Notes: generated from the letters alone by a model not told the origin. 64,000 bases of DNA from an uncultured Solibacteraceae bacterium (GCA_964353255.1 CAYGVJ010000007.1:317-64316); one strand, 5' to 3'; shown: positions 35,770-45,081, counted from the stretch's first letter. Numbers and translations are program-made.

Positions 35770-36018
35770 ATGATCACGATTCCTGTGCGAGGCAGGGTGA
35801 AACCGGACGGCACACTCGTGGTGAGCGTCGCCACGGGCATGCCGGAGTCCGAGGTTGAGGTATTGGTGGTCGTCAACCGGCTCTCTTCAGGCACGCCTGC
35901 TGACCAGTTCAAGACCTGGCCGGAGGGTTTCTTTGAACGCACCTACGGCGCCTGTGCCTCTGGCCCGCTGTGCCGGGCTCCCCAAGGGGAGTTTGAGGTC
36001 CGTGGGATTTTGCAGTGA
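35770..36018 (+). CDS. Orphan antitoxin-like protein (AbrB/SpoVT-like N-terminus)
   Basis: MITIPVRGRVKPDGTLVVSV beta-rich N-terminus. Its stop overlaps the GTG of a truncated PIN ORF (GTGA). Confidence 0.5.
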   Translation: MITIPVRGRVKPDGTLVVSVATGMPESEVEVLVVVNRLSSGTPADQFKTWPEGFFERTYGACASGPLCRAPQGEFEVRGILQ

Positions 36019-36107
36019 TCTATCTGCTCGACACGAACACTTGTATCCGCTACCTCAACGGCGAGTTCGGCAGGGTCACCGGCCTTCAATGTGAGGACTG
36101 GGAGTAG
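36015..36107 (+). pseudogene. vapC: Truncated vapC (PIN) remnant, 30 codons
   Basis: VIYLLDTNTCIRYLNG is a typical PIN N-terminus. The ORF stops after 30 aa. Confidence 0.6.
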
Positions 36108-36173
36108 GCGCCAGCCAGACGGCCCTTCCCCGATGCCACCGGCTAAACTGAAAGACAACCCGCGTCCGACTTT

Positions 36174-36758
36174 TTGGCGCTGGCGAGCGTCATTGGACAT
36201 GGAGCCGAAGTGATCTTTCGGGAGGTCGAGGACCACGACCTGATCGGGCGGGCCCGGCGGGGCGATGTCGAAGCTTACAACCTGCTGGTCTCGCGCTGGG
36301 AGAGGCGCGTCTTCAATTACCTGCTGCGGCTGGTGGGCGACCGCGAGGACGCATTCGACCTGAGCCAGGAGACGTTCTTGAAGGCCTATCAGAACCTGGG
36401 CAAGCTGGAGGAGGACGGGCGGTTTGCCTCCTGGTTGTTTCGCATCGCGCACAACGAGGCTTTCTCGCTGCTGCGCCGGCGCAAGCCGGAGGGCGAGCTA
36501 CCGCCGCAGGTTGCGGACGGGCGCGCCCGCTACGGGATGTTTCCCGCGGAGCTTAGCCTGGCGGTCGAAAGCGCGCTGGCCCGCCTCTCGGACGAGCAAC
36601 GCGAAGCCGTTCTGCTCAAGGTTTACCAGGGTTTCAAGTTCGAGGAGATGGCGGAGGTTTTGGCCTGCCCGGTCTCCACCATCAAGTCGCGGCTATACAC
36701 CGCTCTGGACGTTCTCAAAGAGACGCTGGCTCCAATTCAGACTCGGGGTGTCGAATGA
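36174..36758 (+). CDS. ECF-type RNA polymerase sigma-70 factor
   Basis: Region 2 (AYNLLVSRWERRVFNYLLRLVGDREDAFDLSQETFLKAY) and region 4 (REAVLLKVYQGFKFEEMAEVLACPVSTIKSRLYTAL). TTG start; GTG near 36210 is an alternative. Confidence 0.85.
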   Translation: MALASVIGHGAEVIFREVEDHDLIGRARRGDVEAYNLLVSRWERRVFNYLLRLVGDREDAFDLSQETFLKAYQNLGKLEEDGRFASWLFRIAHNEAFSLLRRRKPEGELPPQVADGRARYGMFPAELSLAVESALARLSDEQREAVLLKVYQGFKFEEMAEVLACPVSTIKSRLYTALDVLKETLAPIQTRGVE

Positions 36759-37318
36759 GCTGCTCGCCGTTTGAACTCAAAGACTACTTCCTCGATGAGC
36801 TGGGCCCGGCCGAGCGCCGGCAGGTCGAGGACCACTTGCAGGACTGCCCGGTTTGCCGGGAAGAGCTGGAACGCCTGCACTTGACGCGATCGGCGCTCGA
36901 CGCGCTGAGAGACGAAGAGCCGCCGCGGCGGATCGCTTTCGTCTCCGACAAGGTCTTCCAGCCGGGCTGGTGGCAGCGGCTCTGGCAATCCGCGCCGCGG
37001 CTGGGCTTCGCCGCGGCCGCCCTGCTCTCGGCGGCGATTTTTGCGCACGCCCTCTTGCGGCCCGCTCCCACGGCGGCGCCCGTGGCCGCGGATACCGCAG
37101 CCATCGAAGCGCGCATCGGCGCGGCGGTGGCCGAGGCGGTGGCCGCCAGCGAGGCGCGCCAGGTCCGCCAGACCGCGCAGCTTGTCGCCGACGTCGAGAA
37201 GCGCCTGGACTTCGACCGCCGCGCCGACCGGGTGGCCTTCGAGGAAGTCTTCAGCGTGCTTCAGAAAAGATACAACGTCATGTTCATGGCCAGCGCCGAG
37301 CTGGGGGTGCGAAAATGA
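36755..37318 (+). CDS. Anti-sigma factor (zf-HC2, single-pass membrane)
   Basis: H-x3-C-x2-C motif (EDHLQDCPVCREEL) and one TM segment. 4-nt overlap with the sigma gene. Confidence 0.7.
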   Translation: MSCSPFELKDYFLDELGPAERRQVEDHLQDCPVCREELERLHLTRSALDALRDEEPPRRIAFVSDKVFQPGWWQRLWQSAPRLGFAAAALLSAAIFAHALLRPAPTAAPVAADTAAIEARIGAAVAEAVAASEARQVRQTAQLVADVEKRLDFDRRADRVAFEEVFSVLQKRYNVMFMASAELGVRK

Positions 37319-37857
37319 AACGCTCGCTGCTGCTGGCGCTGTTGCTGGCCACCGCTCTGGGCACGGCCGAGAGGCCGCGCGTCACGCGCGTGGCGCTGGA
37401 GGCGATGGAGAAAACCTTCGACCAGCGGGTCCTGCGCTTCGACTTGAACGACCCGTTCGATCTGCTGGGCTCCACGCGTGGGGTCTACCTGGAGGGCTAT
37501 GGCGCGGTCTTCACCGCCGAGGTCAACCTGGTGGCCAGCGCCGTGATCACTCCCTTCCGCCCGGCGCCGGACCGGGAGCAGATCGAGCGGCTGCGTCAGA
37601 AGAAGCAGGAGCGGGTGGCGCTGCTCAAGAAACACATGCGCGAGATGCTGTTGAACCTGGCGGCGTCACTGGAGGCGGTCCCACCCAGCGAGCAGATCGC
37701 GCTGGGCGTCTCGGTGTTCTACTTCTCCTGGGAGGATCGCGGCGGCCTGCCGAGCCAGATCCTCATGCAGGCGCGGCGCCAGACGCTGCTGGATCTGGCG
37801 GGCAAGCGCGCCAGCGACCAGACGCTCCGGGATCTCATTCGCGTCGAGGAGTTCTGA
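37315..37857 (+). CDS. Exported hypothetical protein co-transcribed with the sigma/anti-sigma pair
   Basis: ATGA overlap with the anti-sigma stop. Signal peptide MKRSLLLALLLATALGTA. 180 aa. The longer 36853 frame is rejected. Confidence 0.5.
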   Translation: MKRSLLLALLLATALGTAERPRVTRVALEAMEKTFDQRVLRFDLNDPFDLLGSTRGVYLEGYGAVFTAEVNLVASAVITPFRPAPDREQIERLRQKKQERVALLKKHMREMLLNLAASLEAVPPSEQIALGVSVFYFSWEDRGGLPSQILMQARRQTLLDLAGKRASDQTLRDLIRVEEF

Positions 37858-37860
37858 AAG

Positions 37861-39498
37861 ATGCGCCTTGGCGAGATGCTGATCGCCCGCGGGCTGCTGG
37901 AGCCCGAGGATCTGGAGAAGGCGCTCGAAATCCAAAAAGAGCGCGGGGAGAAGATCGGTAAGATTCTGGTGGACCTGGGATTCGTGGCGGTGCGCGACGT
38001 GCTGGCCGCGCTCTCCGAGCAACTCGGCATCCCGCTGGTGGCGATCGACGCTCCCCCGCCGGTGACGCCCGAGACCGAGGGCCTCGCGCCCCGCTTCATG
38101 CGGCAGTGCCGGTTCATCCCGGTGGCCCTTCAGGATTCCACGCTCACCATCGCCATGGCGGACCCGCTGGACTTTGAGACCATCTCGGCGGTGCGGGGCT
38201 TCACCGGCCTGAGCGTCGAGGCGGTGCTGGCCGCGGAGCGGGAGATCCTGGACGCCATCGACAAGTATTGCGGCGAAGCCGAGAAGGAAGCCGCCGAGTC
38301 GGGGGCCCGCACCAGCCAGGCGGACGAAGACCTCGAACACCTGCGCGACATGGCCAGCGAAGCTCCGGTCATCCGCCTGGTCAACGCCATGATCGCCCAG
38401 GCAGTCGAGCAGCGCTCCAGCGACATCCACATCGAGCCGTTCGAGAAGGAATTCCGCGTCCGCTACCGCATCGACGGCGTGCTCTACAGCCAGGAGCCGC
38501 CGCCGCGCGAGTTTAAGGCGGCCATCATCTCCCGCGTCAAGCTGATGGCCAAGCTGAATATCGCCGAGCGCCGCTTGCCACAAGACGGGCGCATCAAGAT
38601 CAAGGTGTTGGGCCGCGAGGTGGACCTGCGCGTCTCGACGCTTCCTACGCTGTACGGGGAAAGTGTCGTGATGCGCCTGCTGGACCGCTCGGTGGGCGGT
38701 TTCTACGATCTCCGGAGGCTGGGCTTCGACGAGTTCATGCTGAGCCGCGTGGAGCACTACACCTCGCTGCCCCACGGGATCCTGCTGGTCACCGGGCCGA
38801 CGGGCAGCGGCAAATCCACCACGCTGTACGCGGCGCTCAAGCGCATCAACCAGCCGGACAAGAAGATCATCACGATCGAGGACCCGGTCGAGTACCAGAT
38901 GGATGGCATCAACCAGATCCACGTCAACCCGCAGATCGGCCTGACCTTCGCCAGCGGCCTGCGGCACATCGTGCGCCAGGACCCGGACGTGATCATGGTG
39001 GGCGAGATCCGCGACCGGGAGACCGCCGACATCGCCATTCGCGCCGCCCTCACCGGCCACTTCGTGTACTCGACGCTGCACACCAACGACGCCCCCAGCG
39101 CCATCACCCGCCTGACCGACATGGGAGTCGAGAACTACCTGATCAGCTCGACCCTGGTGGCGGTGCTGGCCCAGCGCCTGGTGCGGGTGATCTGCCCGCG
39201 ATGCAAGATTCCCGCGGGGACGCGCCTGGCGCCGGACGGCTCGACGGTGGCCTGCTACCGGGGCGCCGGGTGCGAAGATTGTTTCGGCACCGGTTACAGC
39301 GGGCGGGTGGGGATCTTCGAGCTGATGGAGCTCGACGATGAGCTGCGCAAGCTCATCCTTAGGAACGCCGACGCCGTCGAACTCACCGCTGCCGTCCGCC
39401 GCCACGGCATGCGGAACCTCCGCGAGGACGGTTGGATGAAGGCCGCGGCGGGGCTGACCACGGCGGAGGAAGTGCTGCGAGTGACCCAGGAACTCTGA
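37861..39498 (+). CDS. gspE: Type II secretion / type IV pilus-type assembly ATPase with an N-terminal MshEN-like domain
   Basis: Walker A GPTGSGKST, Asp/His boxes and a tetracysteine cluster (CPRC...CEDC). N-terminus RLGEMLIARGLLEPEDLEKALEIQ. Confidence 0.9.
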   Translation: MRLGEMLIARGLLEPEDLEKALEIQKERGEKIGKILVDLGFVAVRDVLAALSEQLGIPLVAIDAPPPVTPETEGLAPRFMRQCRFIPVALQDSTLTIAMADPLDFETISAVRGFTGLSVEAVLAAEREILDAIDKYCGEAEKEAAESGARTSQADEDLEHLRDMASEAPVIRLVNAMIAQAVEQRSSDIHIEPFEKEFRVRYRIDGVLYSQEPPPREFKAAIISRVKLMAKLNIAERRLPQDGRIKIKVLGREVDLRVSTLPTLYGESVVMRLLDRSVGGFYDLRRLGFDEFMLSRVEHYTSLPHGILLVTGPTGSGKSTTLYAALKRINQPDKKIITIEDPVEYQMDGINQIHVNPQIGLTFASGLRHIVRQDPDVIMVGEIRDRETADIAIRAALTGHFVYSTLHTNDAPSAITRLTDMGVENYLISSTLVAVLAQRLVRVICPRCKIPAGTRLAPDGSTVACYRGAGCEDCFGTGYSGRVGIFELMELDDELRKLILRNADAVELTAAVRRHGMRNLREDGWMKAAAGLTTAEEVLRVTQEL

Positions 39499-40706
39499 TG
39501 GCCAGTTACCACTTCAGAGCGGTGGCCCCGGACGGCAAGCTCAGGACGGGCTCGCTGGCCGGCTCGAGCGACCGGCAGGTGGCGCAGGAGCTGCGCCGCC
39601 AGGGGCTCACACCGGTCTACGTCGGCCTTCAGCCGCGCCGCAGACTGGAGTTGAGACTCCCGGTGTGGAAGCGCGGCCGGCGCCGGGACGTTATGTTCTT
39701 CACCCAGGAGCTGGCCACGCTGCTCAAAGCCGGGGTGCCGCTGGACCGGGCTCTGGGAATCACCAGCGAGCTGACCGAGCGCGCGGTCTTCAAAACAGTC
39801 GTGCAGGACGTGCTCCGGGTGCTCAAGACCGGCAAGTCCCTGGCCGACAGCCTGGCCGCGCACCCGGAGTACTTCTCCAGCCTGTATATCAACATTGTGC
39901 GGGCGGGCGAGGCCAGCGGCGCCCTGGCGCCGGTGTTCGACCGGCTGGCCGAGTTCGAGCGCACCGGCGACGAGGTGCGCAACTACATCATCTCCTCGAT
40001 GATCTACCCGGCCCTGCTGGCCATGGTGGGGATGGCCTCCATCCTGGTCCTGCTGAACTTCGTGGTGCCGCGCTTCGCCCAGGTCTTCGAGGAGTCGCGG
40101 ATGCGCATGCCGCTGGTGACCCGGGCGCTGCTGGAGATGAGCCGGCTGCTGAGGACGTACGGCTGGCTGGCTCTGGCCGCGATCGCGGCGGCAGTGGCGG
40201 GCTGGCGGGCGTACATCCGCACTTCCGGCGGCAGAATGTGGTGGGACTCTTTCCGGCTGCGCCTGCCGCTGCTGGGGCTGGCGCTGCGCAAGGCGGAGAC
40301 CTCCCGGTTTGCGCGGGCGATGGAGACCCTGGTGGCGAACAGCGTTCCCCTCGTGCAGTCGATTGGCATTGCGGCGGCCATCCTGACCAACCGCCGGATG
40401 GCCGGGGTGCTCGAGGCTGTGGCGCAGGGGGTCAAGCGGGGCGAGGGCATCGCCGGGCCGCTGGCCCGCACGGGGGAGTTTCCCCCGCTGGCCGCGCACC
40501 TGCTGAGCGTGGGGGAGGAAACCGGGCGGCTGGACCAGATGTTCGGCCGCATGGCGGAGATTTACGAGAACGAGACCCGCGCCGCGATCAAGCGGTTCAC
40601 CGCGTTGTTCGAGCCGCTGGTGATCCTGGCGATGGGCGTGATTGTGGGCGCTTTGATACTGAGCATGCTGCTGGCAATCACCAGCATCAACGAGGTGGCG
40701 GTGTGA
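39498..40706 (+). CDS. gspF: Type II secretion inner-membrane platform protein
   Basis: Two GspF/PilC repeats (F.QELATLLKAGVPL..AL; F.RAMETLVANSVPLVQSI). The ATG overlaps the gspE stop by 1 nt. Confidence 0.9.
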   Translation: MASYHFRAVAPDGKLRTGSLAGSSDRQVAQELRRQGLTPVYVGLQPRRRLELRLPVWKRGRRRDVMFFTQELATLLKAGVPLDRALGITSELTERAVFKTVVQDVLRVLKTGKSLADSLAAHPEYFSSLYINIVRAGEASGALAPVFDRLAEFERTGDEVRNYIISSMIYPALLAMVGMASILVLLNFVVPRFAQVFEESRMRMPLVTRALLEMSRLLRTYGWLALAAIAAAVAGWRAYIRTSGGRMWWDSFRLRLPLLGLALRKAETSRFARAMETLVANSVPLVQSIGIAAAILTNRRMAGVLEAVAQGVKRGEGIAGPLARTGEFPPLAAHLLSVGEETGRLDQMFGRMAEIYENETRAAIKRFTALFEPLVILAMGVIVGALILSMLLAITSINEVAV

Positions 40707-40708
40707 AC

Positions 40709-41113
40709 ATGAAGCGCGAAAGAAAGAGAAGGCGGCAGGCCGGCGTCACGCTGATCGAGATGCTGGTGGTGGTCACCATCATCTCGATGTTCGCGGGCCT
40801 GGCGGCCTACAAGCTCTGGCCGCACGTGGATACGGCGCGCATCACCCGTGCCCGCACGGACATCGGCACACTGATGGGCACGCTGGAGATGTATCGGATG
40901 CGCAATGGCGTATTCCCCACCACGGAACAGGGGTTGCAGGTTCTGCGCCCGTATCTCCAGCGTGACGTGCCCCCAGACCCCTGGGGTCGGCCGTACGTCT
41001 ACAAGTACCCCGGCTCGCAGGGCGAGGACCCCGAGATCATCTGCTACGGCGCCGACGGGAAGCCGGGCGGCGAGGGCGTCAACGCCGACATCGTGAGCTG
41101 GAAGAACCAGTGA
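40709..41113 (+). CDS. gspG: Major pseudopilin
   Basis: Prepilin leader ...AGVTLIEMLVVVTII and the GspG C-terminal signature DPWGRPYVYKYPG....I.CYGADGKPGGEG.NADI.SW. Confidence 0.9.
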   Translation: MKRERKRRRQAGVTLIEMLVVVTIISMFAGLAAYKLWPHVDTARITRARTDIGTLMGTLEMYRMRNGVFPTTEQGLQVLRPYLQRDVPPDPWGRPYVYKYPGSQGEDPEIICYGADGKPGGEGVNADIVSWKNQ

Positions 41114-41126
41114 GAGGGCGGGGCGG

Positions 41127-41588
41127 GTGCAACGCGGCATAACCCTGGTCGAGATGGTGGTGGTGATGACGCTGCTGGGCTTGCTGGTCGGCATCGCCGT
41201 GCCGTCGATTGCGGGGGGCCTGGATGCCCTGCGGCTCAGCACGGCCAGCGACTCGCTGGTGAGCTTCTTCAACGCCGCGCTCAACCGGACCGAGCGCCGG
41301 CAGCAGGCCGTCGAGATCACGATCTCGAAAGCGGACAACACGCTGCGGATGCGCTCGGTGGAGCCGGGTTTCTCAAAGACGCTGGAGCTGCCCGCGGGCG
41401 TCACCATTCGCGCTGTGTTGCCGGAGTGGCCCCAGGAGGAGCAAGGCCCGCGATACATCCTGCTGTATCCCGGCGGGGCGCTGCCCAGCTTCGGAGTCGA
41501 GATCGCCAGCCCCCGCGGCGGGCGCAGGGTGGTGCGCGTGGACCCGATCACGGGCGTGCCCCAGATCGAGCGCCTCGAGGGCCGATGA
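41127..41588 (+). CDS. Minor pseudopilin (GspH-like)
   Basis: Prepilin-type N-terminus RGITLVEMVVVMTLLGLL. Position after gspG. Confidence 0.6.
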   Translation: MQRGITLVEMVVVMTLLGLLVGIAVPSIAGGLDALRLSTASDSLVSFFNAALNRTERRQQAVEITISKADNTLRMRSVEPGFSKTLELPAGVTIRAVLPEWPQEEQGPRYILLYPGGALPSFGVEIASPRGGRRVVRVDPITGVPQIERLEGR

Positions 41589-42004
41589 ACCGCCGCGGCT
41601 TCACCCTACTGGAAATGCTGGTGGCCACGGTGATCATGGGCGTGGCGGTGGTCGCTTTGCTGGCCAATCTTTCCACCTCGATGCGCCACGCCGCCGATCT
41701 CACCGAATATGATCGCGCCACGCTGCTGGCCCGCCGCACCATGGACCAACTCCTGCTGGAACCGCGCCTGCCCCGACTGGCGCCCTTCGAGGGCCGGTTT
41801 GACGCGGAGGCCGCCGGTGGTCTGGAAGGTGGCTGGCGGGCAGAGCTCACGGTGTTCGAGGCGCCTCCGAATGCCGGCCCTGGTTCGGCCGCCCTGGAGC
41901 GCCTGGAGCTGGAGGTCTGGTGGATGCGCGGCCGCGAGCGGCGCAGCGTGCGGCTGGAGGGATTCCGGCGGACCACCTTGGGGCAGCCGGGGGTGACCCA
42001 GTGA
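41585..42004 (+). CDS. Minor pseudopilin (GspI-like)
   Basis: RRGFTLLEMLVATVIMGV prepilin N-terminus. ATGA overlap with the upstream gene. Confidence 0.6.
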   Translation: MNRRGFTLLEMLVATVIMGVAVVALLANLSTSMRHAADLTEYDRATLLARRTMDQLLLEPRLPRLAPFEGRFDAEAAGGLEGGWRAELTVFEAPPNAGPGSAALERLELEVWWMRGRERRSVRLEGFRRTTLGQPGVTQ

Positions 42005-42729
42005 ACAACCGCGGCGTGACATTGCTCGAACTGCTCGTGGCGGTCTCCCTGCTGAGCCTTCTGGCGACCGGGCTCGTGCTGGCCATGCGCCTGGGCTTCA
42101 ATGCCATGAACACGACCAATGCTCAGTTGCTCGACAACCGCCGTATGTTGAGCGTGCAGCGGATTCTCGAGCAGCAGATCGCGGGCTTGATGCCGGTGGT
42201 GGCCGATTGCCTGGTCAACCCCGGGCTGCCGCCGGCGGCGATGCCTTTCTTCCAGGGCGCGCCGACCTCCATGCGCTTCGTCTCCAGCTACTCGCTGGGT
42301 GAAGCCTGGCGCGGCTACCCGCGCATCCTGGAGTTCCAGGTGATCCCGGGCGAGGAGGGCCGCGGAGTCCGGCTGGTGGTCAACGAGCATCTGTACACCG
42401 GGCCGCGGAGCGCCGGGTCGTTCTGTCTAGGCGCGATCCCTGATCCGTCTCTGGGTGGGTGGGTGCCCGGCTTCCGGCCCATTCAGGTGGGGCCGTACTC
42501 ATTCGTTCTGGCCGACAAGCTGGCTTACTGCCGGTTCATCTACCGGGAGACGTTGCCGCCGCCGGCGCTGGCGCGCTGGACGCCGGTGTGGCCGAAGATG
42601 GGCTGGCCTTCGGCGGTGCGCATCGAGATGGCGCCGCTGGAGGCTGCCCGAGCACGGCTGCCGCTGGTGAGCATCACCGCTCCGATCCGCGTCAACAAGG
42701 TGCCTTTCAATGAGTATGCGGACTACTGA
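42001..42729 (+). CDS. Minor pseudopilin (GspJ-like)
   Basis: RGVTLLELLVAVSLLSLL prepilin N-terminus, ~242 aa. GTGA overlap with the upstream gene. Confidence 0.55.
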   Translation: MNNRGVTLLELLVAVSLLSLLATGLVLAMRLGFNAMNTTNAQLLDNRRMLSVQRILEQQIAGLMPVVADCLVNPGLPPAAMPFFQGAPTSMRFVSSYSLGEAWRGYPRILEFQVIPGEEGRGVRLVVNEHLYTGPRSAGSFCLGAIPDPSLGGWVPGFRPIQVGPYSFVLADKLAYCRFIYRETLPPPALARWTPVWPKMGWPSAVRIEMAPLEAARARLPLVSITAPIRVNKVPFNEYADY

Positions 42730-43786
42730 GCACTTGTGGGGCGGCCTCTCAGGCCGCAGCCGGCTCTCAGCCGGCTCACGCGGCGGGGCCGGGGGGCCCC
42801 GCGCGGGCCAGTGGGCCCGCCCCACCTCCGGCAGCGCCTTGCTGATCGTGTTGTGGCTCACCGCGGCGCTCGCGGCCATTGCCTTCTCGCTGGCCGGGAG
42901 CGTCCGCGGGGAGGTCGAGCGCGCCTCGACGATGCTGGACGGCACGCGGGCTTACTACCTGGCCACCGGGGCCATCGAGCGCGCCTTGCTCTACATGCAG
43001 TGGGGCGGTTTCTACCGGCTCCCCGACGGCTCCTCGCCCTACTACACGCCCGGCGTTCCCGTGATGCTGTTGAGCTTTCCCTCGGGCGAGGTCCGGGTCG
43101 AGGTCATCCCCGAGGCCGCCAGAATGAACATCAACTTTGCGCCGCCCGAGGAACTCTATCGGCTGCTGCTGAATGTGGGGGTCGGGCCGGAGCGGGCCCG
43201 CGAGATCGTTCTGGGCATCCTGGACTGGCGCAGCCCCGCGCCCGCTCCTACGGTCTTCGACCGGTACTATTTGTCTCTCCAGCCGTCTTTTCGGGCCCGC
43301 CATGCGTCCTTTGAAGAGATCGAGGAATTGTTGCCGGTCAAGGGTATGACGCCGGAATTGTTCTACGGAGGCTACGAGCGGGACCCCGAGGGGCGCCTGA
43401 GTTGGCGAGCGGGGCTGAAGGATTGCCTCTCCGTCTACGGCTCGCCCGGGCAATACGATGTGAACACGGTCGAGCCGGCCGTGCTGGCGGCCGTGGGCTT
43501 CCCTCCCGAACTGGTGACCGGGATCGTGGAGGCTCGCCGCCAGGCGCCGGTGAGGAACCTGGCGCAGTTGCAGGCGCTGCTCCAGGGCGCCGGGCCGGCC
43601 GTCCAGCGGCTGCGGGTCGGCGGGACGTCAATGTTCACACTGCGCGCCACGGCGCGGTTGCGCACGGCCGCCGGCGGGCTGTCCGATCAGCGCCGCTCGG
43701 TGGCCACCTTGGTCAAGCTGAGCCCGTCCGGCTCCGATGATCCCTATCACGTGCTCCGCTGGTACGACAACGTGTGGGTGCAATGA
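42710..43786 (+). CDS. gspK: Minor pseudopilin GspK-like (tip complex)
   Basis: SALLIVLWLTAALAAIA, RMNINFAP..ELYRLL, ILDWRSP and EEIEELLPVKGMTPELF match the T2SSK layout. Confidence 0.7.
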   Translation: MSMRTTEHLWGGLSGRSRLSAGSRGGAGGPRAGQWARPTSGSALLIVLWLTAALAAIAFSLAGSVRGEVERASTMLDGTRAYYLATGAIERALLYMQWGGFYRLPDGSSPYYTPGVPVMLLSFPSGEVRVEVIPEAARMNINFAPPEELYRLLLNVGVGPERAREIVLGILDWRSPAPAPTVFDRYYLSLQPSFRARHASFEEIEELLPVKGMTPELFYGGYERDPEGRLSWRAGLKDCLSVYGSPGQYDVNTVEPAVLAAVGFPPELVTGIVEARRQAPVRNLAQLQALLQGAGPAVQRLRVGGTSMFTLRATARLRTAAGGLSDQRRSVATLVKLSPSGSDDPYHVLRWYDNVWVQ

Positions 43787-45081
43787 AGGACTCCGGCTTC
43801 CGCAGGTGGTTAGCCTTCGGCACGGGCGTCGGGCTGGAACTGGGCGCCAACGACCTCCGGGTTGCCATCGTCCGGGTGCGTCCCAAGGGGACAGACCTGA
43901 TTGGGACGACCGCCATCGTGCGGTACCGTGAGCGCCACGCCGCCGAGTGGGGCGCCGAGTACGCCGATTTTCTGAAGCGCCATGGCGCGGCTCGCCTGGC
44001 CGCCGCGGTGTTGCTGCCGCGCCGCGAGGCCATTCTGCGGCAGCTTTCGCTGGCGGGCGTGCCCAACCGGGAGCTGGGCGCCGCGGTCGGCTTCCAGATC
44101 GATTCGCTGCATCCGTACCCGGAGGGGGAGGCCGTCTGGACCTGGTCTCGGCTGGCCCAGGGCGGGGCGGTGCTGGTGGGCATCACCCGGCGGTCCGCCG
44201 TCGAGCGCTACAGCGCTATGTTTGCGGAAGCAGGCGTCAGAGTCGCATCATTCACTCTTTCCGGGGCCGCCTTTTACGCCGCCCTGCGGTTGCTCCGGAC
44301 GCCGCCGGAGGAGGGTTTTCTCGCGCTCGGGGAAGCCGAGGGCGGCCTGGAGGTCTACGGGGAGAGCCCGGCGCGGCCGGTGTTTTCGGCCACTCTCGAG
44401 CTGCCCTGGGAGCGGGCGGCGAGCCTGGCGGCTGCGGAGCTGAGGCTGCCTCCCGCCGCCGAGCCGGCTCACCTTGCGGCGGTGCTCCCGGCGCCCGCGG
44501 AGGCGAGCCTGGGCCAGCACTTGCTGGCATACGCAGCGGCGCTGGCCGGAGCTTGCCCCTGGCGCGCGGCTCCCTTGAACCTGTTGCCGGCCGAGCAGCG
44601 CAGCTCGAGTTCCCGGGCGGTCTTGATTCCTACGGCGGCGTTGGCGTCTCTGTTGCTAGTGGTCGTGGCGGCGTGGGCCGCCATCTCGCCGCTGGAGAAC
44701 CGCAGGTACCTGGCGGCGCTGGAAAGCGAGATCGCGCGGCTGGAACCCGAGGCACGGCGAGCGGCCACTCTGGACCGCGCGATCGACGCCGCTCGCGGGC
44801 GGGCTGCTCTGCTGGACGGTGTTTGGCGCCGCTCGCAGGCGGGCCTGGATGCCCTGGCTGAACTGACCAGGCTGCTGGCGCCTCCGGTGTGGCTGAATAA
44901 CCTCGAACTCACGGCGAACTCGGTGGTGCTGAACGGCGAGGCCGAGCAGGCCGGGCAACTGTTGAAGCTGATCGACGGCTCCCCCTTGTTCCAGAACTCC
45001 GAATTCACCATCCCGCTGGCCCGGACGGGCAAGAACGAGGTGTTTCGGGTCCGCGCCGGGCGGGAGGGAGTGTCGCAATGA
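43783..45081 (+). CDS. GspL-like assembly protein (PilM-like cytoplasmic domain, TM, PilN-like periplasmic domain)
   Basis: ATGA overlap with gspK. N-terminal actin-like region, one TM (IPTAALASLLLVVVAAWAAI) and a coiled-coil plus ferredoxin-like C-terminus. Confidence 0.6.
   Translation: MKDSGFRRWLAFGTGVGLELGANDLRVAIVRVRPKGTDLIGTTAIVRYRERHAAEWGAEYADFLKRHGAARLAAAVLLPRREAILRQLSLAGVPNRELGAAVGFQIDSLHPYPEGEAVWTWSRLAQGGAVLVGITRRSAVERYSAMFAEAGVRVASFTLSGAAFYAALRLLRTPPEEGFLALGEAEGGLEVYGESPARPVFSATLELPWERAASLAAAELRLPPAAEPAHLAAVLPAPAEASLGQHLLAYAAALAGACPWRAAPLNLLPAEQRSSSSRAVLIPTAALASLLLVVVAAWAAISPLENRRYLAALESEIARLEPEARRAATLDRAIDAARGRAALLDGVWRRSQAGLDALAELTRLLAPPVWLNNLELTANSVVLNGEAEQAGQLLKLIDGSPLFQNSEFTIPLARTGKNEVFRVRAGREGVSQ

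Noticed and set aside
37666-39405. 579-aa ORF on the minus strand
   Set aside because: It is antisense to gspE (Walker motifs on the plus strand). It has low-complexity Ala/Gly/Arg/Asp composition and no motifs.
39665-41113. 482-aa plus-strand ORF spanning gspF
   Set aside because: Only its last 134 codons (from ATG 40709) make sense, as the GspG pseudopilin. The upstream part is an alternative frame of gspF. The N-terminal extensions of 36853-37857, 41426-42004, 41920-42729, 45485-46393, 51097-52533, 26400-29969, 25589-26674, 60238-61413 and 58908-59582 were trimmed in the same way to internal starts that give signal peptides or overlap-coupled starts.
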